A DNA stretch of 64,000 bases, taken from Macrostomum lignano. Lineage: Eukaryota. Below are positions 1 through 13,122 of the stretch, piece by piece. The stretch covers positions 62,001-126,000 of the forward strand of contig NIVC01000976.1 in assembly GCA_002269645.1 (NCBI GenBank). Reading direction: 5' to 3'. Each line of letters begins with the position of its first letter. Position 1 is the first letter of the stretch. The translations under genes and the position numbers were made by a program. The notes beneath the pieces were generated by a model that worked only from the letters and a program-made list of their open reading frames with translations, was not told the DNA's origin and ran no database searches.

Positions 1-192
1 GTTTGAGCGTTTGCGAGCTTATGCCACTCGAGAGCATAGCCGTTTTAGAAACTAATTATATTTCTTTGGCTCGCGAGCCGCATCAAGCATTTAATACTGT
101 ACCGAGTATCTAGAGTTTCCACCCTAGACACTTTAGAAGCAGAAAGCAAACGAGGCCGAAGTCTATAAGAAGTCAGAAGTCACGTCACAACA
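1..192 (-). mobile_element. 3' LTR (partial, runs off window) of the Gypsy element
   Basis: On the - strand the pol stop (207-205) is followed directly by the polypurine tract AAGGAAGAGGGA (204-193) and then TGTTGTGACG, a canonical LTR start at 192. Confidence 0.75.
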
Positions 193-204
193 TCCCTCTT
201 CCTT

Positions 205-2708
205 TCAATCTTGAGACTGATACCTCTCCGGCGATCTTCGCATTCGCTGAGGGTATCTGCGATCCGCCATCGGTTGATCCTCAGCACTTGGAGGTTCTCT
301 CACTGGCTCATTCGTTGCCTCGGCTCTGTCCCTGACATGGTCACGGTGCACGACCAGATCTCGTCCTTGCTCGTCCCGCACTCGTCTCAACTGTTCGCCG
401 ACAGCTTCGCGCAGCACTCCTTCCCTCCACTCCTTATTAAACGGATCCTGGACCCAGACTGGGCTGTAGGCTTGGTCAATCCGCTTGTCTTGAAAGGACC
501 GACGGTGCAGCAGTGAGAGTCTCGTGTTGAACTTGCGCCCAAACATTTCTCGGCACGGCGCGACTCCGTTGGCTCTTGGGCAGACTTGCACCGCGTACAA
601 AGCCTGTTGCATCCGAACCTCCGGATCTGGGTCATTCAGCTGCTTCAGCTTGGTCTTCAGTTTTTTCACTGCAGCCTCTGCTACGCCATTTGATGCGGGG
701 TGGTAGCGGGGAGACTTCAGGTGTAACACTCCCATCCGCTTCAGCCAGGCCTCCGTCTCATGCGCCACAAACTGTCGTCCGTTGTCAGTGACTAGTACAT
801 CTGGGATGCCAAAGTTGCAAAATGCTCTGCGGAGTACTCTGATGACTGACGTTGCATCGATTTCGCGCACCCATTCGGCAGCGATGAATCCCGTCTTGGC
901 GTCTGAAACCACCAGAAAGTTGCTTCCATCCAGTTGTCCCAGGTCAGCGTGCACTCGGCACCAAGCCTCCTTTGGTACTGGTCATGGTTTGAGCACCGAT
1001 TTCTGGGATGGTCTCATGCGCTGGCACGTGTGACATTTCGAAACGCACTTTTCTATCTCTGTCTCCATTAGCGGCCACCAGACATACTGGCGGGCCCACG
1101 CCTTCATGGCTTGCATTCCGGGATGGGAACAGTGGAGAAATTGGATGACTTGCGCTCGGAACTTCACCAGGATGACGATCCGATGGTCCAGTAGCAGTAG
1201 ATGGTCGCTGCAATTCAGTCTGCACTGTACTCTTCTGTATGAGTCCGGCACGTCCTCACCAGATCGCAACCTCTGTAGAACGTCTTGGATCTCCTTGTCC
1301 TCCTTGGACGCCTGCTCGATCTGATCCTTCGTGACTGGTCCATCTTCTGACAGGGCGATGTCCACCGCAGCAACTTCGTTAACCGCTTCAGTCGCCGTTT
1401 TGTCGCTCCAGTTATTGCCGTCAGTTGGTAGTCTCGACAACGCATCGGCATGAGGAATTTCGTGCGTTCTTTTGCCTCTGACTAGGTACTGGTACGTAGC
1501 CAGCAACTCAGCCCAGCGCTGAACTCTCTTACTTGCTCTCTCGGGCAGGTCTTTGTGTGATGCGAATAAGAATTCTAGAGGCTTGTGATCGGTCACAATC
1601 ACAAAACTCCGATAAGCTAGGAATCGATTTTGCTTCTTGACGCACCAGACCACTCCGAGGGCTTCTCGTTCTAGCTGGCTGTATCGCGACTCCGCAGGTG
1701 TGAGTTTCTTGGACACAAACGCTACAGGCCTTCCATTCTGCTCCAGCACTCCTCCAATGCCGTAGGGCGATGCATCTGTAGTCAGAGTTAGCTCCTTACT
1801 TGGATCGTACGGCGCTAGCACCTGCCTTGATGTAATTTCCTGCTTCAATTGCATCACGGCCTTCGTGTGTTCTTGTTGCCATGTCCAGCTGACATCTTTC
1901 TTCAGCAGGTTATACAGAATGGTAGTCTTCGTGGCCACTTGCGGGATGAACGGCGCATAGAAATTTATCAGTCCCAGAAATGTTCTCAACTCTTCCTGGT
2001 TTCTTGGATCTTCCATGCTTTGTATTGCCGTCACCTTATCCTCGTTCATGCAGCATCCCTTCTTTGAGATCTTAAGGGCTAGAAACTCGACCTCTTCCTT
2101 GTCGAACTGGCACTTCTTAGCATTCAGTGTGATGTCATTCTCTTGCAGCCTTTTAAGTATTATTTCCGTCTTCTCGGCTAAATTTTCCCGGTTTTTTCCG
2201 CAGACTAGAATGTCGTCAATGAACTCCACCACTCCGAGGACATCCCGAAGCAACTCGCATAGCGTGTTCTGAAACAATCCAGGAGCAGATGACAGTCCGT
2301 ATGGTAATACCCTGTACCGAAAATAACCAAAAGGTGTTGCGATAGTAGTGATATCCCGTGAATTCTCGCACAGCTCCAGGTTATGGTATGCATCCTTTAA
2401 ATCTAGCACAGTGAAGCGGCTGCATCCTGAGATGGCTCGTTGCACATCCGCCTTTGTTGGCATATCGATTGGCGGTAGCCGTAAAAACTGGTTGACCCGT
2501 CTATAGTCTCCACACAGCCTGATGTCTCCCGAGCTTTTGGGGACGACCACAATCGGACTAGCGAACACCGGCTGTTCTACTTTTTCAATTATCTTCCGCT
2601 TTTCCAGATCTTCTAATCTTTCCTTAACGGCTGGTACCAGCGAAAATGGGAGTGGTCGGGCCTTCGATACCACCGGTCTCGTGTTTTCTCGTACTTCCAA
2701 CCCGTTGA
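205..2708 (-). mobile_element. Ty3/Gypsy retrotransposon pol (RT-RNaseH-integrase), 5'-truncated, one in-frame stop
   Basis: RT motifs SPIVVVPK, RLCGDYRRVN, LPYGL and FIDDIL; RNase H motifs TDAS, YSQLEREAL, TDHKPL and ADALSR; HHCC zinc finger; integrase core RVHAD, TDNGRQF, YHPASNGVAE. ORFs 982-2724 and 205-954 are in the same frame, separated by TGA at 984-982. No gag or protease. Confidence 0.95.
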
Positions 2709-3731
2709 AAAATAATGGAAACATTTATAGGAACTTTTGCCTATGAAAGTTACCAAAAAGTTACCATTCTCGCAGCCAATCGGAAGGCGTACGCGTTAGG
2801 AAACATTTACACACATAGCCAATCAGAGGGCCGGAATATGGTAACTTTTTGCAGAAAAGTTACCAAAAGTTACCATTTCAATTTTACACGTACGGGGATA
2901 GGGAGTTGCCAAAAGTTGCCATTGATGTTTCCATTCGTTTCTGTTGAGAAGCTCCCAAAAGTTCCCAAAAGTTGCCATTGATGTTTCCATTCGCTTCTGG
3001 TGAGAAGCTCCTAAAGTTACCAAAAGTTACAATTGATGGTTTAATTTGCCTATTGTAAGAAATTTGCTTAGGCTGACAATTTCCTATTGTAATAATTATT
3101 CACTTCTGATTAAAAGCAAATAGAAGTTAAGGTAAAATTCTCTCAAGAGTTTTGAGTTTGGTAGTGGATCTGGGTAACAAAATGGGAGAAACAGTTTGTT
3201 AGGTGTGTATTTTTAACACTGTAAATGCAAAAGATGCTGATTGGCTAGTAGTTTGTAGCAGTGAAAGAAGGAAACAGCAGTATGAGAATGCAATATAACG
3301 ACTTAACGTAACAGTGAAAAACATAAAAAGATTACCAAAACCACACTATACATAGTAAATGCAGTGTAAGTATTGATGAAGAGAAAGAACAACAATGTCA
3401 TCCAAATTAAATTCAAACAAAAGTTAACGTGGAGCAAAAAATGTAAGACAAAGGTAATTTAGTTGAATTTAAACAGTTTCAACAATGGAACAGCAATTCA
3501 TTTAACAATTAAAAAAATATTTTGATTCCCGTACACTAATCCCGGCACATGTTTGACGCAGTTGCAATTAGTCGAAAACGAATAGCCATAATGCTTATTA
3601 GCAGCAGCATACGAGTACACGGACTGGGGGGATATTACAAAAAACTGTCTAGGTTTCGCGAACATTTCTCTTTGATCTCTTTGAGCTCCGAGAAGGTTGC
3701 TGCTTTGTTCGCTTCTCCCCTTTTTTATTGT

Positions 3732-3875
3732 CCCGCCGCCACTTAGCGCACTCGTCTCGGTTGAGGAGGATTGATCGGTCCCGCCGCCACTTAGCGCACT
3801 CGTCTCGGTTGAGGACTGATCGGTCCCGCCGCCACTTAGCGCACTCGTCTCGTTGGTTGAGGAGGATTGATCGGT
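3732..3875. repeat. Three tandem copies of a 45-48 bp GC-rich unit
   Basis: ccgccgccacttagcgcactcgtctcggttgagga... occurs three times. Confidence 0.85.
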
Positions 3876-6504
3876 GATTTGGCAGTAGGTCCTGATGCAG
3901 CAGCCATTGGAGCCTGGCGCTTGCACCGAAGATCATTGTACTGTTTAAAATACTCGCCTCGTTTAGTCTTCTGAAATGGAAATTTTGCATGCTAAATAAT
4001 GGATGCCATACAAAGACTAATTTAATAAAATCCATCTTTTCACCTGTGCATCTCCAGAACATCATAAAGTAACCCAGGATAACTGGTTAAATGGTGTTGA
4101 CTTTAAAGAAAAAATATTATCTTCTCTTAACTAAATATATAAAACACAAAACTGTGTGCCTATCTGCTGTCTATGTAAAGGCTACAACAGGCAGACTACT
4201 ATTATTTTATACAAAATTAACTGTACAGAATCTTAGAATTATGCATCTAGAATATTGTAAAAATTGTAAAAAAAGTCTCTATGCATAAATATAAAAATAA
4301 ATAGGATAAAATATCAGTACTTTAAGAATCCCAGGATCATTTTAAAGCATATTATTTTAAAGCAAAAGCACCCTAAGGGCTACCTAGGCTAGGCTAGGTA
4401 ACTTAGCTTTAAGGTTTAACAGACTTTTCCTACTTAATAATACAGTGATATTCAATTTAGGTCCATTTGGCGTGGCCTTTTTTAGGTCTATTTTAAGGTC
4501 TGCGGTCATTTCGTCTGCCGCCTTTTCATCTGCCAAAGAATTTTAGCAGACGAAACGACTTTTTTATTTATGTTTATTTTGGTTCACTTATTTAGTATTT
4601 TTTATGTAGGGAATTAAAATAAATTAGTACAAGAAAGTTTTAAGTATGTTTTCTTATTTATATTGATACATTTTGTTTTTCTTCATTTTCTACGAAACCT
4701 AACTAACCTATATAATACTTTCGACGCATCGATGCGAAGTTAATTTCTGAGAAAGTGGTGTTATCGATAATTTTCGATTATCGATTATTCATAATTGCAT
4801 ATGAGTTTACATACACTAACTACTGATTTTACCCCCCCTCACCATACCCCCTAAACTGATGAAAAAAGCACAGTTTAAAAATATATAAACAATAGCGCAT
4901 ACTTTTTTACTCCTGCGCCTGCAATCTTAAGACTGCGCATGCTATATTAAGGAAGAAAAAATTTTTTCTGTTGTTTTACGGGGGTGAAAAGGGGGTATAC
5001 AATATAACATCTAAATGAAGATTGCGCGATAAATCCCTTAGAGTTAATTAGGTTGATTTATCAATGCGCCACGCTGCGCACTTTGCAAAAAAGCCTTTGA
5101 TGCTCTAGATATTCTAAATATCTGGATTAAAAGTTGTTTGGTATAACAAATTGGGAGTGAATGTAAACCTGTTGCGAACGATTTTGATTATGGTTCGGTT
5201 GCCGTTTTTTCACCCTGTACGGTTCGTTTCATACTAATACAAATGGAATATATACAACTGTATAAAGAAATTGAGCAAAAATACACAAGTATTTGTTTGT
5301 TGGGTGGGCTACATGTTTTTGCATCATTTTTCTGTTAGTGTATGTTTAGTTAGCTCAATTTGGCTTAGCTTAAAGCCAAGGGATACTACTACTAGGATAG
5401 TGTATATACAGACATTATATTTTAGTAGGCCCTAGCTATTTGAGCAGCAGATTTGATTTGACTGACCTTCCTAAATTTATAGGCCTGTATTATTTCGTGG
5501 CAAATATGCCACATTGTCTGAAAGTTACTATGTATGCAATACAAGCTGGCATATTTTTCATGATAGGCCCTAATAATGCTATAAAATACTATACTATACT
5601 AGAGTTTAAGAATGTAGGGGCCTAGCAATTTATTTATTTGCAAATATGTGCAAAGCGATTAGACATTTGTATTTATACTAAACAAAATTAATTTTCTATG
5701 CACTCATTAATGTTTCTTGTTTTGTCTATATTAAAATTCTAAGCTTTCAATTAAAATTCATTTTATCATTTTTCCAGGAGGTTTTTTCATAATAATATTA
5801 TATAAATAATTTTTTCCATTACTTATATGGAAATTTTGTGTCAAATCAATTTCAAATTTCAATTTGTTTTCAAAGGAAAACTTACACTTAAGCCAAGTTA
5901 AGGCCTAATTGAACATTAGATCTAATGAGCATTTCTACTTAAGGCCAAGCTCGATCATAGCTAGCTATCTATTAGCAAATATAAGCCTATAAGGCTTAAT
6001 AACTATAGGGATAGTAATTAGGACTATATAATATCATAATTTATAAGAGAGAATCTAGAAAAAAACTAGGATAAGGCTAGGTCTTACCATCTTAGGAGTT
6101 GGTTATACCTTTCTAGATCCTCTTAGGCTCTTTGCAAATATATGCCATTTTCTATCTATAGTCTATTTTGTATTAAAGATTTAGTATATTTGGATTGTAT
6201 AATTTTTACAAATTATATTGCTACTACTAAACTTGCTAAAATTTTACTTGATAAAAATTGTTAACCCTTTTTAACTTTTATTTTCTAAGTATCTTTTTTA
6301 TTGATTTAAGAAAAGAATGGCTCAACTGATTCTTATGAAGCTTGCAGCATTCAAACTAAAAGCGTTATATCAATCATAAAAGACTCATTGAGTAGGCCTA
6401 ATTGCTGAGATTTCAAGGCTCATCAGAGAATGCTGAAATGCTATGGCTCATGGGGTTGTTCTGATGCTTTGAGCTAAAGTTCAAAGGTAAGGTTGACCTA
6501 AAGC

Positions 6505-6790
6505 TACAACAGGACAGTCTCGATCAACGCCTGGAACAGCGCCACCCTCTTCTTGCCAGACAGGGCCTCGGACTACAGGACAGTCCTCGCGGAATGGAAG
6601 GCAAACCAAGCAAGTCCGTGGCAATGTCGCAGATCCTCGCGAACGTCAGGCACCAGACCATTGAGGTAGTGCGGAAGCTTCCTCACCTGCTCGTCAGCGC
6701 CTCAGAAAAAATCTCAGCCTCGATATCGTCTGGCACGCAGAGCACGACGGTCTTGACCACCATGCAGACTGACACTCGCACACACAGCGA
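6505..6790 (-). mobile_element. Degenerate RTE-clade LINE fragment (post-RT region)
   Basis: Collinear by eye with 32545-32840 (YLxGLVPDxREDLR...ALFQAxIETVLL), with stops and indels. Confidence 0.85.
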
Positions 6791-8609
6791 CTACATAGAG
6801 AAGAGGACAGTCCCATAGATGATAATGAGTTGTTGCATATCTGTGTGTAAAACTACATTATCGTGGGTCTTGTGCAGAACTTGTTTTAACTTCTGTTGTG
6901 TCTGCTCGATTTTCAAAATTCCAACGTCAGAATGTTGTGCTTTCCCAGTAAATTGTTCTATTAGAATTAGCTGTACACGCAAGTCACACTACTTCTCGCA
7001 CAGTGCTGGTGAAGATGACACTTGTCGATGGCGTTCAAACTAGCGATGAAGGGGGGTGCGTTGTTGACATCCTTTCCATATCTTTGCGTCTTGATATCTG
7101 CATTACAATTAGAAGGAACTCAATGCAGATTTGTAGTAATTCTTGCCATGTTTTTTTCGTTTTTCACTTTATTGAATGTAGTTTTGGTAGTACACAAATG
7201 GTGCACTGATGATTCACAGAAAATTCTAATAGAAATTTTATTCAGTTATAAGATCACCTTAATTTTCCACCTAGTTGTGTTGTACAGTTTCTGTTATCTC
7301 AAAGTTTTATTACAGATTATTTAATTTTTTCAGTCTCGTTCCCTCGTTTTGTTTGCTAGTGTGTCACTAGTTGAAGCTCAGTACATGAACTTTGCCCAGT
7401 TGAAGAAGCTTATCCCTCCAGCTCTAGTAGCATTTTCTAAATATGTGACGAACTGTATTATCTTTACTTATCAATTCTTGTAACAACATTAGGATCTACT
7501 AAAAAGCATTTGGATTTACCAATAAAGATATTATTAAGAAAATAAAAGAGTCCGAGACGTAGATGTGAGTCAATATTTGTCATCAGAGTTATCAGCTGCA
7601 GCATAGCAGAATTCGACATTCAAACAAAATGTTTTTATTAAGTTTTTAATGATAATATATTTCACGAGTTATTATATTGTTTTGCGGAAGGGGCTGTGTA
7701 CTGCAATGTGAATACGAGTATGTTTCAGAGATAAAGAGTACGAGTAGGGAACAAAAATATTGGTTATATACATGTAATGTGTGCACCTGCCAGCATATTA
7801 AAAACTTCCTAACCTATACCCCCTTCATACCACCTCAATAGATTGCGTGTATCTGAACTCCCACCAGCCTCATCTGAGCTCTAACAAAATTTAAAACCTG
7901 CGTCCATCAACTCTCAAAGGGATTCGTCGATCGATATCATTTAGGCTATATCCCCGGTGTAGGAATTAAGTCTGAGAGACTGCATAGTTCGATAGTGCAA
8001 GAGTAAGCGATTGAGCGACAGTTCTTTATATAGTGCAATGGTAACATATACAGTATGTGAGTCTGTACATGACTGGCGATGCTGTTATTGTCCTCAGTAA
8101 GATTGGTGGTTTGATATATTAGCTGCCGCACCTGCCAGAAGGCCGGCAGCACCTGTTGACCCGTGGCCTTTACACCGCCGGACGGAGGCACCCGGATAGA
8201 GCTAATACATGCTAATGCTAGATGCTAATACAAGTCAACATGCCATAAATTTAGTCTTGGCAGTAAGAGACCCTCCTTACGGCTAATATGGCAATCCACC
8301 GCGGTCGGCGCAGTTCTGAAGCTTCCCAGCGTCGACGGTGCAGATACACCGCCAGGCGCAAGGCGCAATGCCGAGACGGAGAGCAACGGCCTACGCCTCC
8401 TCGAGGAGGACCTCAAGGTGCACGAAATGCAGACCAGCAACGGGCCCTTCCCGAGGCCCAGCACCGCAACTCAGTCCCTTCGCCGCCCAATTGGCATCTG
8501 GCCGCTACCTGCCGATTAAATGCCTAGCCGACGCCTGAACCAGCCCGCCGAGTCTCAACGGCGACCCCGGCGGCGCGAGGCGCCTCCCGACCCGGCGGTC
8601 CGCGCGTGC

Positions 8610-9400
8610 GCGGCCCCCCCCCCAGTAGCCTGCACCTCTTGCAACTCAACGCGCAGAGGGCGTCGCCTCTAAGATGCCCGAACTGTGCAAGGTGCTGCTG
8701 GACCTGCGCGTCGACGTGGCGTGTCAACAAGAGACCCACATCACCGAGGGATCGGATCCGCGCCTGTCGGGGTTCAACGCGATCTGGTGCCACCGACAGA
8801 GCGGCCGGCACTCCGGCGGCCCCAAGCGCGGAGAAGGTGTTGCAATACTCATCCACGAGGGGCTGCGCTTCGGTTGAAATAGCAACTTGCAGCGCCGGGC
8901 GGTCTTGCAGCTGATCAACGCGTCGTGGATCCCGGGGGAGGTCCCCGCGGCGTGGCGCCGTGCCCACGTGCCGGTCCTCAAAAAGGGCAAGCCAGCCGAC
9001 GAGATCGGCTTATACCGGCCGATTGCCCTCACCTCCACCCTGGCCAAGCTGGCCGAGCGTCTCTAGCGCGGCTCTACTGGTGGGCCGAGTCCCGGCACCT
9101 GCTGCACCTGCGGCACCTCCCTGGGCTGACCTGGACTCCGTCACCTTCGGGCTGCAGCTGGCGCCTCCCCGACCTCGCGGGGGGACCTGCCGGAGGCCCG
9201 GAGAGCCGCGGTGGAGCAGACGCTCGCCGCTATGCCGCCCGCCCGCACCGTGGTCTGGACCGACGGAGCGGCGAAGGACGGCGTCCTGGACGGCGGCAGC
9301 GGCGTCCTGGTCGAGCCCAACGCCACGCTGTGCGTCGCTGCTGGCCACGTGACGTCCAGTTTCCACGCCGAGTTATAGTTAGTGGCCACGCTGAGGCTTG
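8610..9400 (+). mobile_element. Internally deleted RNase H-bearing LINE (I/Nimb/Ingi-like)
   Basis: APE endonuclease start (LLQLNA, VACQQETH, GEGVAILI), RT N-terminus (AWRRAHVPVLKKGK...YRPIALTSTLAKLAER), PPW linker and RNase H start (VWTDGA...GGSGV...SSFHAEL). Confidence 0.75.
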
Positions 9401-9499
9401 GCGAACTATGCCCGCCCGCACTGCTCAGGAGCACCGCCGAGTCAGCATCGAGGAAACTGATGTCGGAGCTAGATGGCAGTTCAGGGCCACTCCAGCCAA

Positions 9500-9930
9500 T
9501 CGCCATGGAGGATGGAGGCGAGGGTTGAATCGGCTTCCTCCTGTCTTACGCTACTGTTGCTGCTCTTATCGACATCAGCTTCAACAACGACCGAATCGGC
9601 CGCGCGACCTTTGCCCTGAAAGGCTGCCGGCTGAATCTCATCTGCGTGTACGCACCGACTAGTCCACAAACGAGTGAAGACAGCGAGGCCACCGGTGATC
9701 TCTACACAGGACCAGGACTCCGAGACAGATCTGCAGCTCTCTACAGGCCCACAACGCTTTCTTTATCATGGCTCCCCATGCGGTTGACGGCGAGCTGGTC
9801 AAGAACCGATGTGGACGTCTAAATCCCAACTCTTCTTTCCTCACTGATTTAATCACCTCGAAGGAGCTGTTCTGCCAAGCTTCCCACTTTTTTATGGTAC
9901 CAACGGGCGTGTCACTCGCCTTGACCGGCT
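9500..9930 (+). mobile_element. RTE-type APE endonuclease fragment
   Basis: IGFLLS...NDRIGRATF...LNLICVYAPT, followed by frameshifted remnants. Confidence 0.65.
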
Positions 9931-11131
9931 GCTTTGCCCGAAACATGACTATTTATTAATTCAAAACTAACCAAAATATATTACAAAAAGCACATGGCCA
10001 AGGTGAGCAACATTAGCCCAAGTGTCTTACGAGCTAACTCTGCCCGACCACGCCTGGGACGTCGACTTCCGCTGGCACATCTACGAGCGTACATATAGCA
10101 GTCGCCCTTTACTCTCTGGTCCGATCTCCGCAACCCAGATACGAAGACCAATTTTGTTTAAACCCTTCTAACTTCTGACCCGCGGACGCCTTCGTCACCG
10201 CCGTCGCATCTGCCACCGTGGTGCTGCCAAAACGCACCCCACACCGGCCTAAGGCGATGTTGGACTTCGATTCACAAATAGAGCTGGCGAGGAAAATCCT
10301 GCAGCCGACGACGCCATGTGCTACGCAGCTACAGACGCGGGAAAATGAACCCCTTGTGGTCTTCGTCCTCAATCCACCATGCGACCTATTTAGTCGCGAA
10401 CATGCGCACACAGACAGAAAGGAGTCGGGAAATATGGGCTCTACGCCTGTCGACAGCACCGATAGAGACCCTGATGGTTTTTGAGAGAGAAATCCTCTGT
10501 TTAAAAAGAATCCCAAGGCCGTACCTGATGGTCTCTTAGGTCGTTTATAGGACTCCTTTTTTCTGGGCTGAGGTCTTCAAACTTTCTTGACCCGTTTCTA
10601 AAAATGCATCAACAAGTGAGTGAAAAAAATGCAGATTTGCAGGAGGTGGGCGCATTCAGGTCGACAGTGACACAGTTCTGGAAGTCTGGTAGATAGGGTT
10701 CAGATAAAAAAAGAAGCAGAACAAAAACAATAGGGGCAATTAGCAAGAACAGTATAAAAAAGTAAAAATGAGAACAATTGGCGCAATACACAACAATGAC
10801 ATACAAATGCATGGAAAAATGGAGGGCCCGATTGCACGCGGTTAGGGCCACAAAACTTGCACAGAATACTCAATTGAATACTTAATACTCAAGACTAGTT
10901 TTTAGGGTGAAAAGTGCGCCGAAATAGATACTCGCATAGACTATTTTTCCGATGAAGGAATTTGAGTAACCGTAGCCAGCATCGAAGCCCGTTTTAAGCA
11001 GAAGCGAATCTCAACATGTCAGCTTAGTTTCAGATAGCTAGCGTATAAGCCATAGACAGCAGACTGTGTGAGCAAGGAGCTGAGGTCTGAATTCTGGCTA
11101 GTCAAGTCGTACTTATAGGTGCATAGGCTAA

Positions 11132-11341
11132 TACACCTTTTCACGTTCAATTTTGAACAAATTCTAGTAGTAAAAAACTAGCCGAAATGCAATTCAGACA
11201 ATTCAGACTGGGGACAATTTTGTCTATGACTAAAATTTGCTTCGGTTGCATAATGTTTTTAACTGGGGGTTGTTGCCCCAGTCTGAATTTCCGCTTTTTT
11301 TAGAACTGGACTTTGTTCAAAATTGAACGTGAAAAGGTGTA
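11132..11341. mobile_element. 210 bp MITE
   Basis: Perfect 30 bp TIR TACACCTTTTCACGTTCAATTTTGAACAAA at 11132-11161 and 11312-11341, plus an inner inverted pair (caattcagactggggacaa / ttgccccagtctgaatt). Confidence 0.85.
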
Positions 11342-11428
11342 GTAAATCACAAAATCTTTAACTGACTGAAAGCCATTCAGAGGCATGCCTTCGTCTGACT
11401 GTGTTGAACAATCCGTGAGACAGACCAC

Positions 11429-11920
11429 GTGAACAATCCGTGGTCGACTGTAATCAGACATCATGTGGCAAATTTGGCAAAAATTTGTCGGAAGATCTTG
11501 CCGATCTGCAAGATGATTTCGATAGCTAGTTTCATAGACGAGAAGTTTGCCTACATTGCAGGTTGGCTGCTGCGGACATGCTGCAGTGATGGCTGCATGT
11601 TGGAACTCCAAGAAGTTAATCACGATGCAAGCAAGCTTTTTATCAGAATGAAAAGCATAACAGAGCTCAGTCTAAAATACCCAAGCGAAAAGTTGGTGAC
11701 TGCTGTCAGGACCATGGAGCGTCTCTATCTGAACAGTGAAAAGTCGATATGGTCTCCATCTCAGCCATATAGGTGATTGCTTTCAACGGAAGTTTGCTGC
11801 AGCGATTCAACCTGTTCTCAATCTACACAGTGATGCTCATTGTGACGTTGTCAGTTTAAAGTGGTCCCGTAAAAGGGCCGTTGGACTGCAGCTCCTCTAC
11901 AATTCCTCCAATCGTTTATT
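11429..11920 (+). pseudogene. Remnant resembling the C-terminal region of a P-element/THAP9-type transposase
   Basis: AYIAGWLL...C...C...LFIRMK...LKYPSEKL matches the YIAG / C-C / LxYPS pattern recalled for P-type transposase C-termini. Frameshifted downstream. Confidence 0.5.
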
Positions 11921-11953
11921 TTAACGTTTACTTGTAGTAGTGCCCAATGAATC

Positions 11954-12547
11954 TGTACCTAATGTCGCTAATTCACTGCGCGTTTTGCTATCCTCTCATG
12001 CGCCGTAGAAAACTTGCACGATCGATAATTTTAAGTTCTTTAGCCAGCCAATGAAAACCGCTCGTGCTTCGCGCTACCCCCCTCTGCGTTCCTTTATTAA
12101 ACCCTGCCTGGCGGGCTGGGGGCCTCCTCTCTGTGCTGGCCTGTCTAGCCTGTTTAGCTGTTTAGGCTTCTTGGCCTCTTGGCGTCTTGTTTTCCTTCTC
12201 TTGTCTGGCTGCCTCGAGCCTCCTTATCTCTCGCCACGGCTCCTCTGTCTGGGCCAGCCTGTTTACACTGCCTGCCACTGTCTGCCACGGCTAACGCCAA
12301 TCTCACCACTACGCATCTGCCTCTTCTGTGCTCATCGCCGTTACTCACCACGTTGCATCGCATTGCATCACTCGCCTGCCACTCGACTGCAATTTCTAAC
12401 CTACCTTCAATTCAAAACCATTGTTGCAGCCGCCAGTGTCCCAAAGCGCAATAAGTTCTGTATTGACATTAACCAATTAGAATATTGATCTCAACAATAA
12501 ATCAACTACGGCAGTTCCCTGCCTTGTACGCCAAGTGCTTCGCTACA
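11954..12547 (+). mobile_element. Possible solo LTR
   Basis: TGT...ACA termini, AATAAA at 12496, flanks GAATC and CAATC (4 of 5 TSD match). GC-richer than its surroundings. Confidence 0.4.
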
Positions 12548-13122
12548 CAATCCGCTTCTCAAGACTTGACTCGATTCATTTTGGGACTACGACTTACGAC
12601 GACTCTCGTAAAACGGCCCTTCTAAGGGTCATAGCCGCTACACCAATAATCGTGACACTCATAACGCCAACTGTGCAAACAGATTTTCTGCGCTGTACAG
12701 CCAACGCTGGAAAAATCGAAAAATCGGAAGTATTTTATCAACATAAACTTGAAGAAGTCCTATATTATATATATTGGCAGACGAAACGACTATATCGTAT
12801 ATTGGCAGACGAAAAGGCGGCAGACGAAATGACCGTCAACCTATTTTAAGTCTATTGAGGTCTATTTAATTATTTTAGGTCTATATATCTAAATGACTAA
12901 AATTCAATATGCTAAAAATCTGGTCTAATAATTTGTTGGCCTAGGCTATTGCTTAGTTAGGCCTAGGCCTATTTGTTTTTATAGGCCCCTACTTAGTCTA
13001 GGCCTACCTACTGATAAAATCAATAAAAGTAGCTAATGTTAATGTTTTAATATGATTTTATGCAATTTTTACTTTAAATAAATAATGTATACGACAAAAG
13101 GATTTTTAATCAATATTCTTAT

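Larger units (their letters stand above)
4497..12841. mobile_element. 8.3 kb TIR DNA element (Mutator-like ends) carrying nested TE fragments
   Basis: Left end GGTCTGCGGTCATTTCGTCTGCCGCCTTTTCATCTGCCAA and reverse-complemented right end GGTTGACGGTCATTTCGTCTGCCGCCTTTTCGTCTGCCAA. Flanked by the direct repeat TATTTTAA at 4489-4496 and 12842-12849 (9 bp if the adjacent C is counted). Confidence 0.8.

Noticed and set aside
3498-4130. Possible small spliced gene on the - strand
   Set aside because: Splice-like sites exist, but no frame gave a recognisable protein, and the ORF length is inflated by a 3-copy repeat.
10020-10560. Coding-like segment with a YELxLP...WH motif reminiscent of a Gypsy integrase C-terminus
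   Set aside because: The match is too weak and fragmented to assign without a search.
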